A stretch of DNA of 64,000 nt from Gemmatimonadales bacterium (GTDB lineage: Bacteria; Gemmatimonadota; Gemmatimonadetes; Gemmatimonadales; GWC2-71-9): contig DATIWU010000062.1 of assembly GCA_035519195.1 (NCBI GenBank), positions 757 to 64,756 of the forward strand, given 5' to 3'. Position numbers and translations under genes: made by a program. The notes beneath the pieces were generated by a model. The model searched no databases and was not told the DNA's origin. It saw only the letters and a list, made by a program, of their open reading frames with translations. Below, piece by piece: positions 27,405 through 36,235 of this stretch (positions within the stretch are counted from its first letter, which is position 1; the number at the start of each line of letters is the position of its first letter).

Positions 27405-28400
27405 ATGCCGCGGACTGAATTCGTCGCGACCGGATTTCATGTCCCGGCACGCGTTGTCACGAATGACGACCTCGCGAAGCTCATGGACACGTCGGATGAG
27501 TGGATCACCCAGCGCTCGGGCATCCGCACGCGTCACTGGGTGGAACCAGGCGATACGGGCGCCACTCTCGCGCGCGACGCCGCAAAAGTGGCGCTCGAGC
27601 GGGCCGGTCTCCGATCCTCGGATCTGGACTGCATCATCTACTGCACCTGCACGCCCGACCATTTCGAGCCTGGGAACGGCGTCTTTCTCCAGCGGGAGCT
27701 GGGCGTCTCGACCATTCCCGCCGTCGACGTACGGAATCAGTGCAGCGGCTTCATCTACGGGCTGTCAATCGCGGACGCGTGGATCCGCTCGGGCCAGTAC
27801 CGCCGCATTCTGCTGGTCGGCGCCGAGGTGCACTCTCGCGGCCTCGATAAGACCACGCGCGGTCGCGACACGGCCGTGCTCTTCGGTGACGGAGCCGGCG
27901 CGGCCATCCTCGGCGCCACGGACGATCCGCGGCGCGGAGTGCTGTCCACCCATCTTTTCTCCGACGGGCGCGACGCGGAAAAACTCTGGGTCGACGGCCC
28001 CGGACTGGCACACGATCCGTATGTGAGTGTCGCGATGCTCGAAGCGGGCCTGCACCGGCCCGTGATGGATGGCCGGGAGGTGTTCAAGGCCGCATCGGTG
28101 CGCATGCGCGAAGCGGTGGAGCTCGCCCTCTGCACCAACGGGCTCACGGCTCCGGACATCAAGCTCCTGGTTCCACATCAGGCCAATCTCCGCATCATCG
28201 ACATGCTCGCGAAAGAGATGTCGCTGCGCGACGATCAAGTGTTCGCCAACATCCAGAAGTACGGCAACACCACAGCCGCTTCGATTCCGATCGCGCTGCA
28301 CGAGGCGTTGGGGCAGAACCGGTTGAATCGCGGCGAGCTGCTCGTGCTTGCGGCGTTTGGCTCCGGCTTTACCTGGGCCAGCGCCGCGATCCGCTGGTAA
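27405..28400 (+). CDS. fabH: beta-ketoacyl-ACP synthase III
   Basis: Catalytic triad contexts NQCSGF, VPHQANLRI and GNTTAASIP. 331 aa. Confidence 0.9.
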   Translation: MPRTEFVATGFHVPARVVTNDDLAKLMDTSDEWITQRSGIRTRHWVEPGDTGATLARDAAKVALERAGLRSSDLDCIIYCTCTPDHFEPGNGVFLQRELGVSTIPAVDVRNQCSGFIYGLSIADAWIRSGQYRRILLVGAEVHSRGLDKTTRGRDTAVLFGDGAGAAILGATDDPRRGVLSTHLFSDGRDAEKLWVDGPGLAHDPYVSVAMLEAGLHRPVMDGREVFKAASVRMREAVELALCTNGLTAPDIKLLVPHQANLRIIDMLAKEMSLRDDQVFANIQKYGNTTAASIPIALHEALGQNRLNRGELLVLAAFGSGFTWASAAIRW

Positions 28401-28414
28401 CAGGGGAGAACAGC

Positions 28415-29323
28415 GTGAACATCGATTTATCCGGAAAGCGCGCGCTCGTGGCCGGGGTGGCCGACGCCTCAGGATTCGGATTCGCGATCGCCAAGGGACT
28501 GGCCGAGGCGGGCGCCGCCGTGTGCGTCGGCACCTGGCCTCCGGCCCTGGGCATTTTTACGAAGCTCCTCGAGCGCGGGAAAATCGACGATGCGCTCAAG
28601 CTCTCGAACGGCGCGAAGCTCGAATTCGAGCGGATCTATCCCCTCGATGCCGCCTTCGACACGCTGGACGACGCGCCCACCGATATTCGCGAGAACAAGC
28701 GCTATCGGGACGTGGGGGATTTCAGCATCGCGGGAATGACCGAGCTGCTGCGCGTGGATTTCGGCGACAAGCCGCTCGATATCGTGGTGCACAGTCTCGC
28801 GAACGCTCCCGAGGTCAAGAAGCCGCTCGTGGATACGAGCCGGCGCGGGTACCTCGAGGCGTTGAGCGTCAGTGCCTACAGCAACGTCAGTCTGGTCAGC
28901 CACCTCGGGCCGCTGATGCGGCCCCATGGCGCGTTTCTATCGCTGAGTTACATGGCGGGTGAGCGGGTGATTCCGGGATACGGGGGCGGCATGTCGTCCG
29001 CCAAGGCGGCGCTCGAAGCCGACACCAGAACGTTGGCGTATGAGGCGGGACGGCGATTCAACGTGCGGGTCAACGCGATCTCGGCGGGGCCCTGGGCTTC
29101 GCGGGCGGCGAGCGCGATCGGGTTCATCGACCAGATGATCGCGTACACGAGCGCGAACTCACCCCTGCAACGGCAGATCGACGCCGAGGACGTCGGGAAT
29201 ACCGCCGTGTTCCTGCTCTCCCCGCAGGCGCGAGCCATCACTGGTTCGGTGATTTACGTCGATAACGGCTACCACATCATGGGCATGGCGGTGGCCCCGG
29301 CGCCCCTGCCAGGGTCGGAGTGA
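28415..29323 (+). CDS. fabI: enoyl-ACP reductase FabI, long (plant-plastid/chlamydia-like) form
   Basis: GVADASGFGFAIAK, VGTWPPALGIF, HSLANAPEV, YGGGMSSAKAALE (Tyr and Lys), IYVDNGYHIMG. 302 aa. Confidence 0.9.
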   Translation: MNIDLSGKRALVAGVADASGFGFAIAKGLAEAGAAVCVGTWPPALGIFTKLLERGKIDDALKLSNGAKLEFERIYPLDAAFDTLDDAPTDIRENKRYRDVGDFSIAGMTELLRVDFGDKPLDIVVHSLANAPEVKKPLVDTSRRGYLEALSVSAYSNVSLVSHLGPLMRPHGAFLSLSYMAGERVIPGYGGGMSSAKAALEADTRTLAYEAGRRFNVRVNAISAGPWASRAASAIGFIDQMIAYTSANSPLQRQIDAEDVGNTAVFLLSPQARAITGSVIYVDNGYHIMGMAVAPAPLPGSE

Positions 29324-29325
29324 TC

Positions 29326-30249
29326 CTAGACGACCTTTAAGACACCGCGTCCCAGCGCCTCCGGCTGTCCCGCCACTACGCGCAGCGCACGGACCGCGGC
29401 CAGCGCGAACGTCTTCCCCGTGCCCTTTTCGATCTCTTCCAGGGCCCGCCATTTGGGAAACGCCTCGCGGACCGGCGTGGCCATTTGCAGCGTCTCGAAG
29501 GAGTCCGCCACCGCCAGGATCTTCACCGTCAGCGGTATCGGAAGCGAATCAATCTCCCAGTCCTCGCCGACGATCTCGTAGTAATGACCGTACTCCGCGA
29601 TGATCGCCGCGGCGCCGTGCATGGCGCGCGCCACGGCAACGGTGGCGTCGCTCTCCGAGCGGGCCAGCAGCCGCAGGAGCCGTTGATCCCGAGTTCCCAC
29701 CTCGTGCAGCAAGGCCGCGACGTGGAGATTCTCGCGGTCGTCCTCCGAGAGCCGGAGCTCGGTGGCGATCGCGTCCGCCACCTGCGCCACGCGCGTGCTG
29801 TGCCCCTGCTGATGCTTTTCGGTCGATTCAATATGAAAAGCGAGCAGCTCGAGCGTCGCGAGATACGCGTTCTTCACTTCGCCGAGACGACTCTCACGTT
29901 GCTCCGCGAGCTTTCCCACCACATAGCCCGTCAGGATGAGAAACCCGCCCCAGGGAACGAGCGCGAGCAGCACCGGCAGCGAGAATCCCGGCGCCGAATC
30001 GAGGCCCTGCACCGCCTGAAAGAAGAACACCAGCCCCACGACGAACAGTCCGGACATCACGGCAAAGCGGCGACCGCCGTAGAACCCGGCGAGGATCATC
30101 GGCAGGTAATAGAAGTTCAGGAATGCGAGCTTGTCGTCGATGACGGAATGAATGACGACCATCGCGCCGACCAGGAGCAGCACGAAAATCCGCTCGAAGT
30201 GGCGGAAAAAGAACAGCTTGGCCCTCTCGACCAAACTCGGGTGGACCAC
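29326..30249 (-). CDS. membrane-anchored degenerate HD-GYP-like domain protein
   Basis: Four N-terminal TM helices, then GHSTRVAQVADAIATELRLS...AALLHEVGT...IPLTVKILAVADSFETL. The HD is replaced by HE and no HHE/GYP motifs are seen. Confidence 0.65.
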   Translation of the reverse strand: MVHPSLVERAKLFFFRHFERIFVLLLVGAMVVIHSVIDDKLAFLNFYYLPMILAGFYGGRRFAVMSGLFVVGLVFFFQAVQGLDSAPGFSLPVLLALVPWGGFLILTGYVVGKLAEQRESRLGEVKNAYLATLELLAFHIESTEKHQQGHSTRVAQVADAIATELRLSEDDRENLHVAALLHEVGTRDQRLLRLLARSESDATVAVARAMHGAAAIIAEYGHYYEIVGEDWEIDSLPIPLTVKILAVADSFETLQMATPVREAFPKWRALEEIEKGTGKTFALAAVRALRVVAGQPEALGRGVLKVV

Positions 30250-30360
30250 CTGGCCTCGCTACGTGTGTGTGGGGGGCGCGGCAGCGAAACTGGGAAAACG
30301 TGGCGCGCCGCGCAATAGCTCCCTCGCGGGCCGTATTACAAGTGCCATACCAGCAATCAC

Positions 30361-30816
30361 TTACGATTTTGCGCGGAACACGCCCTGGGTGTTGGCGGCC
30401 GTGAACTCGACGATCTCGGGCTGGACGACGCCGGCCACGACGTACGGATCCTGGGCGATCACCGCCTCGAGTGCCGCGCGGTCGGGAGCCATGGCAATCA
30501 ACACCCCCCCGCTGGGAGGGTTCCGGCGTGCCCACGCATGGAATATTCCTTGCGAGGCGAAGCGCTCGAGGTGCTCGATATGCCGCGCGCGGACAGCATC
30601 GACGTCGGCGAGCGGCTTCGTGTAGTTCAGCAGAATCACGTAGAGCATCGAGGCCTCGTATCCCGTGCAGGCGTGGACGGGCAGCTGGGGATAACGCGGA
30701 AACCGCGCGTCGGTCTCGGCGCGCGCGCAGCGGAAGAACACCGAGTCCCGTCGCGTTGCGACGGCGCGCATCCAGCGGCAGCTGAAACACAGTCCGACAG
30801 ACTCCTGGGTGTTCAT
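30361..30816 (-). CDS. fusion (or in-frame tandem) of a ~55-aa Cys-containing module and a YciI-like domain
   Basis: N-terminal CFSC...C...C (GLCFSCRWMR..FFRCARAE..RFPRYPQLPVHACTGYE). From Met57 onward, MLYVILLNYTKPL...HLERF... is YciI-like. Confidence 0.6.
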   Translation of the reverse strand: MNTQESVGLCFSCRWMRAVATRRDSVFFRCARAETDARFPRYPQLPVHACTGYEASMLYVILLNYTKPLADVDAVRARHIEHLERFASQGIFHAWARRNPPSGGVLIAMAPDRAALEAVIAQDPYVVAGVVQPEIVEFTAANTQGVFRAKS

Positions 30817-30873
30817 CCGCGTCGCCCAAAACTGCGGTCGCCCCGTCGCGAGAGGAAGGGTACGTTACTGCGC

Positions 30874-31392
30874 ATGAGCGCGACCAAGGTACAGCTCGGC
30901 TTCGAGCTGAACGGGGAGCGCGTGGACGTCGCCTTTGCCTCCCACAAGACGCTGCTCGAGGTGCTCCGTGAGGATCTCGGCCTCACGGGGACCAAGCACG
31001 GCTGTGAGCTCGGGGAATGCGGCACCTGCACGGTGCTGCTCGATCAGGTGCCGGTGCTCTCCTGTCTCGTGCTCGGCCAGGCCTGCGCCGGACGGCGGGT
31101 CGAAACCGTCGAAGGCATGGCGGACAACGCGCGGTTGCATCCGCTGCAAGACGCGTTCGCCGAGCTGGGCGCCGCGCAGTGCGGCTACTGTACTCCGGCC
31201 TTCCTGCTCGCGGCGGCCGCGCTGCTGCGCGAACACCCCGCGCCTTCCCGAGCGCTGATCCAGGAAGCCCTGGCGGGCAATCTTTGCCGCTGCACCGGTT
31301 ACCTGAAGATCTACGAGGCGGTGGAGCTCGCCGCCCGCCGGATGCGGGGCGAGCCGGCGTCCCCGGCGCGAGAAACGCTGTATGGCAGCTGA
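30874..31392 (+). CDS. (2Fe-2S)-binding small subunit of a xanthine-dehydrogenase-family molybdoenzyme
   Basis: CELGECGTCTV and CGYCTP...CRCTGY cluster motifs. ATG 30874. Confidence 0.9.
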   Translation: MSATKVQLGFELNGERVDVAFASHKTLLEVLREDLGLTGTKHGCELGECGTCTVLLDQVPVLSCLVLGQACAGRRVETVEGMADNARLHPLQDAFAELGAAQCGYCTPAFLLAAAALLREHPAPSRALIQEALAGNLCRCTGYLKIYEAVELAARRMRGEPASPARETLYGS

Positions 31393-33763
31393 CACGCTGC
31401 GCGTCGTCGGCACCGCCACCCGGAAAATCGACGCGACCGCCAAGGTGACGGGTCAAACGCGATTCGCCGATGACATCGCGCTCCCGCGCATGCTCTTTGC
31501 CCGACTGCTGCGGTCGCCCCACGCGCACGCGCGCATCCGGCGGATCGACACGAGCCGCGCCGCGGCGCGGGACGGCGTGAAGGCCGTTCTGGTCGGTCGT
31601 GATCTCCCCATCCCGTTCGGCATCCTCCCCGTCAGTCAGGACGAACATGCGCTCGCGCTCGATGCGGTGCGCTTCGTTGGCGACCCGGTCGCCGCCGTCG
31701 CCGCAACCAGCGAGGAGGCCGCGGCCGCGGCCCTCGAGTCGATCGACGTGGAGTACGAGCCGCTCACGGCGATCACATCGCCGGAGGATGCGCTCGCCAC
31801 GCCCGCGCCGCGGATCCACGACTACGGACCATCCGGGAACGTGCACAAGCTCATCGCGCTCGATTTCGGCGGCGTGGAGGAAGGGTTCGGATCGGCCGAC
31901 GTCGTGCGAGAAGATGTCTTCTTCTTCGCCGGCAACACCCACCTGCCGATGGAACAGCACGCCGCCGTGGCCAGCTGGTCGGCCGACGGAAAGCTCGTCC
32001 TCTGGAGCTCCACGCAAACCCCGCATTACGTGCACCGCGCCCTCGCCAAAGTGCTCGAGCTCGAGCCCGCGCGCATTCGCGTGATCGCGACTCCGAATGG
32101 TGGCGCCTTCGGCGGCAAGAGCGATCCGTTCGGCCATGAGATCGTAGTAGCGAAACTGGCGATGGAAACCGGGCGGCCGGTGAAGATCACGCTGACACGG
32201 GAAGAAGTGTTCTACTGCCACCGCGGCCGGCATCCCACGCTGATGTGGATCCGCACGGGGGTGAAGCGGGACGGCACGATCACGGCGCTCGATTTCAAGT
32301 CCTTACTCGATGGCGGAGCATACGGCTCGTACGGCGTCGCCACCACCTACTATACCGGCGCGCTTCAGACCGTCACGTACGTGGTCCCGCGCTACCGGTT
32401 CCGCGGCGCTCGCATGTTCACGAACAAGCCGCCGTGCGGCCCGAAGCGCGGCCATGGAACCCCGCAGCCGCGCTTCGCGCTCGAGGTCCATCTCGACAAG
32501 ATCGCCGAGCAGTTGAACATCGATCCCGCGGAGCTGCGACTCCGCCAGCTCGTGCCCGCCGGAAGCGTCACGGTCAATCACCTGCGGATCGGATCGATGG
32601 GGCTGGGCGAATGCATTCGGAAGGTCGTCCAGGGGTCGGGATGGGCAACCAAGTTCCGCAAGCTTCCCTTGGGGAGAGGCGTCGGACTGGCGTGCTCGAG
32701 TTACATCACGGGCGCGGGTCTGCCGATCTACTGGAACGACATGCCGCATTCCGGCGTGCAGCTCAAGTGCGACCGCGGCGGCGGCGTGACGGTATTCTGC
32801 GGCTCGATCGAGATCGGGCAGGGATCGGACTCCGTGCTCGCGATCATTGCCGCGGAAGTGCTCGGGATCGATCCGTTCGACGTGGCCGTCGTCGCCGGCG
32901 ATACGGATCTCACTCCGGTCGACCTCGGCAGCTACTCGAGTCGGGTGACGTTGATGACCGGGAATGCCTGCGTCGCGGCGGCGGAGCGAGCGCGCGCCAT
33001 CATTGCGCGGCATGTCGCGTCTCAGTTGGCAATTCCGGAAGATCGCGTGACGTTCGCGCGGTCGCGCGTCTTCGACGCTGCCGATCCGTCCACTACGATG
33101 ACGTTCGCGGAGGCCGTGCAGCTTGCGGAAGCGCGCGAAGGGACGGTCGGGACCGTCGGGTCCTACACTCCACCACGCAATCCGTCACGCTATCGCGGAT
33201 CGGGCGTAGGGCCTTCCCCCGCCTACTCCTACAGCGCGGCTGTGGCCGAAGTGACGGTTGAACCCGACACCGGGATCGTGCGCGTTCCTCACATCTGGGT
33301 CGCGCACGATGTGGGTCGCTCGATCAATGCCGCTGCCGTGATGGGCCAGATCGAGGGGAGCGTCTACATGGGCCTGGGGGAAGCATTGATGGAGGAGATG
33401 ACCTACCGCGAGAACCGCGGCATGGTGCACAAGGCGCCGAGCCTGCTCGAGTACAAGAGTCCCACCACGCTCGAGATGTGCGATGTGACGAGCTACATCG
33501 TCGAGCACCCCGACCCCAACGGTCCGTTTGGCGCCAAGGAGGTTGGCCAGGGCCCGCTCCTGCCCGTCATGCCCGCCGTCGCGAACGCGGTGTACGACGC
33601 CGTCGGCGTGCGCATCGACGAGGTTCCAATCACACCCGAAAAAGTGCTCAAGGCTCTCCGGCGCAAGCAGAAGGGTGAGGCGCCCCGCTTCGGCCCCGCC
33701 GGTTTCCCCGCAGTCGATTGGCCGGACGCCACGCGGGTCCCGCCTCCCGAATTGGACGGCTGA
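31382..33763 (+). CDS. molybdopterin-binding large subunit (xanthine dehydrogenase / aldehyde oxidase / 4-hydroxybenzoyl-CoA reductase family)
   Basis: 793 aa. GxxRFADD N-terminal hammerhead (TGQTRFADD), GGAFGGK, EIGQGSD and FGAKEVGQGP motifs. Confidence 0.9.
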   Translation: MAADTLRVVGTATRKIDATAKVTGQTRFADDIALPRMLFARLLRSPHAHARIRRIDTSRAAARDGVKAVLVGRDLPIPFGILPVSQDEHALALDAVRFVGDPVAAVAATSEEAAAAALESIDVEYEPLTAITSPEDALATPAPRIHDYGPSGNVHKLIALDFGGVEEGFGSADVVREDVFFFAGNTHLPMEQHAAVASWSADGKLVLWSSTQTPHYVHRALAKVLELEPARIRVIATPNGGAFGGKSDPFGHEIVVAKLAMETGRPVKITLTREEVFYCHRGRHPTLMWIRTGVKRDGTITALDFKSLLDGGAYGSYGVATTYYTGALQTVTYVVPRYRFRGARMFTNKPPCGPKRGHGTPQPRFALEVHLDKIAEQLNIDPAELRLRQLVPAGSVTVNHLRIGSMGLGECIRKVVQGSGWATKFRKLPLGRGVGLACSSYITGAGLPIYWNDMPHSGVQLKCDRGGGVTVFCGSIEIGQGSDSVLAIIAAEVLGIDPFDVAVVAGDTDLTPVDLGSYSSRVTLMTGNACVAAAERARAIIARHVASQLAIPEDRVTFARSRVFDAADPSTTMTFAEAVQLAEAREGTVGTVGSYTPPRNPSRYRGSGVGPSPAYSYSAAVAEVTVEPDTGIVRVPHIWVAHDVGRSINAAAVMGQIEGSVYMGLGEALMEEMTYRENRGMVHKAPSLLEYKSPTTLEMCDVTSYIVEHPDPNGPFGAKEVGQGPLLPVMPAVANAVYDAVGVRIDEVPITPEKVLKALRRKQKGEAPRFGPAGFPAVDWPDATRVPPPELDG

Positions 33764-34794
33764 TGCTGCGCCTGCCCGGCTTCGGCTATTGCGAGCCCAC
33801 GACGCTCCGCGAGGCGGTGGCGCGCAAGGTCGACGCGGGCCCATCGGGCATGTATGTCGCGGGGGGGACGGATCTCTATCCCAACATGAAGCGGCGCCAG
33901 CAGGAGCCGAAAACGGTCATATCGCTGATGAAAGTCCGGGAGTTGAGGCAGGACAGGCGGACCGCCGGACCGCCGGACGAAATTCTGGAACTCGGCTCCG
34001 GTCTCACCCTGACTGAACTGTCCGCCCATCAGCCCGTCCGCCTGTCCGCGCCCGTTGTCGCCCACGCCGCCTCGCTCATTTCGACTCCGCTGCTCCGCAA
34101 CATGGGCACCCTCGGCGGTAATCTTCTGCTCGATACGCGCTGCAACTACTACGACCAGACGTACGAGTGGCGCAAAGCCATCGACTTCTGCATGAAAAAG
34201 GATGGAGCGATCTGCTGGGTCGCGCCCTCGAGCCCGCGCTGTTGGGCGGTCAACTCCTCGGACCTGGCGCCCGTCGTGGTCGCGCTCGGCGCGGAGCTCG
34301 AATTCGTCGGACCGGCAGGAGGCCGGGTCGTTCCCGCATCCGAGCTGTATCGCAATGACGGGATACGGTACCTCGAGAAGGACGCACACGAGATTCTCGT
34401 CTCCGTGAAGGTGCCGGTGACACGCGGCGCCGACGCGGTGTACGAGAAGCTCAGGCGCCGTGGGGCATTTGACTTCCCAGTGCTCGGAGTGGCAGCATGG
34501 ATTCTGTGGGACGGCGACGTGGTGGCCGATGCGCGGATCGTGCTCGGCGCGGTCGCGAGCTATCCGCAGTACATCGATGCTGCAGGCGCCGCGCTCATCG
34601 GCCACCGCCTCTCCGATGACGCCATCGCCCAGGCCGCACTCGCCGCATTCGGCCCTGCGAAGCCGATGGACAACACCGATTTTGATCTTTCCTGGCGCAA
34701 GCAGATGACGCGGGTCTACGTCACTCGAGCCCTTCAGGCGCTACGAGACCGGCATCGCCGGCCGGCGTCGGTTCCGGCCGGCCTCCCAGCATGA
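33763..34794 (+). CDS. FAD-binding medium subunit with an inserted 4-Cys (putative [4Fe-4S]) loop
   Basis: VAGGTDLYPNMK FAD motif and GTLGGNL. Insertion reads CNYYDQTYEWRKAIDFCMKKDGAICWVAPSSPRC. TGATG junction with the large subunit. Confidence 0.85.
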   Translation: MLRLPGFGYCEPTTLREAVARKVDAGPSGMYVAGGTDLYPNMKRRQQEPKTVISLMKVRELRQDRRTAGPPDEILELGSGLTLTELSAHQPVRLSAPVVAHAASLISTPLLRNMGTLGGNLLLDTRCNYYDQTYEWRKAIDFCMKKDGAICWVAPSSPRCWAVNSSDLAPVVVALGAELEFVGPAGGRVVPASELYRNDGIRYLEKDAHEILVSVKVPVTRGADAVYEKLRRRGAFDFPVLGVAAWILWDGDVVADARIVLGAVASYPQYIDAAGAALIGHRLSDDAIAQAALAAFGPAKPMDNTDFDLSWRKQMTRVYVTRALQALRDRHRRPASVPAGLPA

Positions 34795-36130
34795 TCCGGA
34801 GCGCCAGCGCCGGCTCGAGCAGTCGCGTCGGTGGATCGAGCAGCAAGACGACCCTGAGAAACGCACGGTAGACGACCGGATCTCGTGCCGTCGCCGCATA
34901 CACCCTCCCGATGTACCACTCGAGCAGCGACGCGCCTTTGCGCTTTCTGCCTGTCACCCCTTCATGGCGGAAATCTTCGGTGATCGTGAGCATCCACGCG
35001 GGTGCCACGATCTTCCCCGCCCGTAAGAAGTACGTCCTGCCCAGTTCTCCCACCCGATCGGGAGCGGTGCGTTCCAGGCTCTCCCGCAATGCCACGGCTT
35101 CGAGCGCGGCGACGGTTATGCCCTCGCCATACACGGGATTGAAGCTGCAGAGCGCATCGCCGAGGACGAGAAATCCCTGTGGCAGCTTCGATTGCTTCTC
35201 GTAGTGCCGCCAGCGATTCGCGGGGAATTGATGGAATGCGAAGTCTGAAGCGGGCTCGAGGCGCGGCAGAACGGCGCCGATTTCGGGCGCGGGGAGGCTT
35301 TGCGCGAACCGCACGAAACCCAGGTCGTCGGCCGGCGCATGATCCCCGCTCCATCCGCCGAGGGTCGCAATCCAGCGATCATCCTCCATGGGAAACAGCG
35401 CGCCGAACCGGCGTTCCCGCGGCGGTCGCGGGAGCACGTACGCGGCTTTCATCCCGGGCAAGTCGCCCGTCGCACGCCGATACAGCCGGCTCGTATAGCC
35501 GACGTTCACCGTGACACTCTCCTCCGGTGGTGGCGCGTAGCCCAGCGCCTTGAGCCATGCCGGAGATTGCGAGCCGCGGCCGCTCGTGTCGACCACCAGG
35601 TCTCCCGCGAGCAATGTGGCTTCCCGCTCCCCGCTCCCCGCGCCGGCTTCCCGGACCACGACTCCGGTCACGCGCGTGCGATCGTCGTGCGTGAGCAACC
35701 CCGAGATTTCTCGTCGATCGAGCACGGCGACGTTGGGGCGGCCGAGCACCCGACGGCGAATTTCCCGCTCGAGGAAGGGACGCGTCAGGAACAACAGCCG
35801 CGCATCGGTGGCGCAGCGCACCTTGTAACTGCCGAACTGAAAAATGCGCATGTCGTTCCCGATATCGACCACGGTCGCTCCACCCGAGAGCAACGCATCG
35901 GCGGAGGTTGGGAACAAGTCGCGGACGATGCTTTCGCCACGCTTGAGCAGCACATGGAAGTGCCGGCCCTGCGGAACGCCTTTGCGGGCTTCACTGCTAT
36001 CGTCCAGCCGGTCACGCTCGACAATCGTGACGCGGGCGAAATGATCGCTCAACACGCGCGCGGCAAAGAGGCCGGCGAGGCTGCCGCCGATAACGATGGC
36101 GTGCTGTCGTGACGTCGTGGATGGCGACAT
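34721..36130 (-). CDS. FAD-dependent oxidoreductase / monooxygenase-like protein
   Basis: AIVIGGSLAGLFAARVL...VTIVERD dinucleotide fold. ATG 36130 chosen. Its 3' end overlaps the convergent gene by 74 nt. Confidence 0.7.
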   Translation of the reverse strand: MSPSTTSRQHAIVIGGSLAGLFAARVLSDHFARVTIVERDRLDDSSEARKGVPQGRHFHVLLKRGESIVRDLFPTSADALLSGGATVVDIGNDMRIFQFGSYKVRCATDARLLFLTRPFLEREIRRRVLGRPNVAVLDRREISGLLTHDDRTRVTGVVVREAGAGSGEREATLLAGDLVVDTSGRGSQSPAWLKALGYAPPPEESVTVNVGYTSRLYRRATGDLPGMKAAYVLPRPPRERRFGALFPMEDDRWIATLGGWSGDHAPADDLGFVRFAQSLPAPEIGAVLPRLEPASDFAFHQFPANRWRHYEKQSKLPQGFLVLGDALCSFNPVYGEGITVAALEAVALRESLERTAPDRVGELGRTYFLRAGKIVAPAWMLTITEDFRHEGVTGRKRKGASLLEWYIGRVYAATARDPVVYRAFLRVVLLLDPPTRLLEPALALRIMLGGRPEPTPAGDAGLVAPEGLE

Positions 36131-36235
36131 TGCTCCCCTTCCCCTGCACGGTTTTGAAAACGGGCGCGGGGCTTGAGGGGGCGAATATGGGGAAGACGCG
36201 TCCGGGCGTCCATGTTGCACGCCCGGACACACTAC

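Noticed and set aside
36151-36161. 11-bp palindrome GTTTTGAAAAC upstream of the FAD-oxidoreductase gene as an operator
   Set aside because: It is short and AT-rich and could occur by chance. There is no second copy in the window and no supporting promoter elements were identified.
36201-36227. A 9-bp-stem hairpin (tccgggcgt/acgcccgga) downstream of PadR as an intrinsic terminator
   Set aside because: No U-tract follows on either strand, so it was not called as a terminator. It may still be a stability or pause element.
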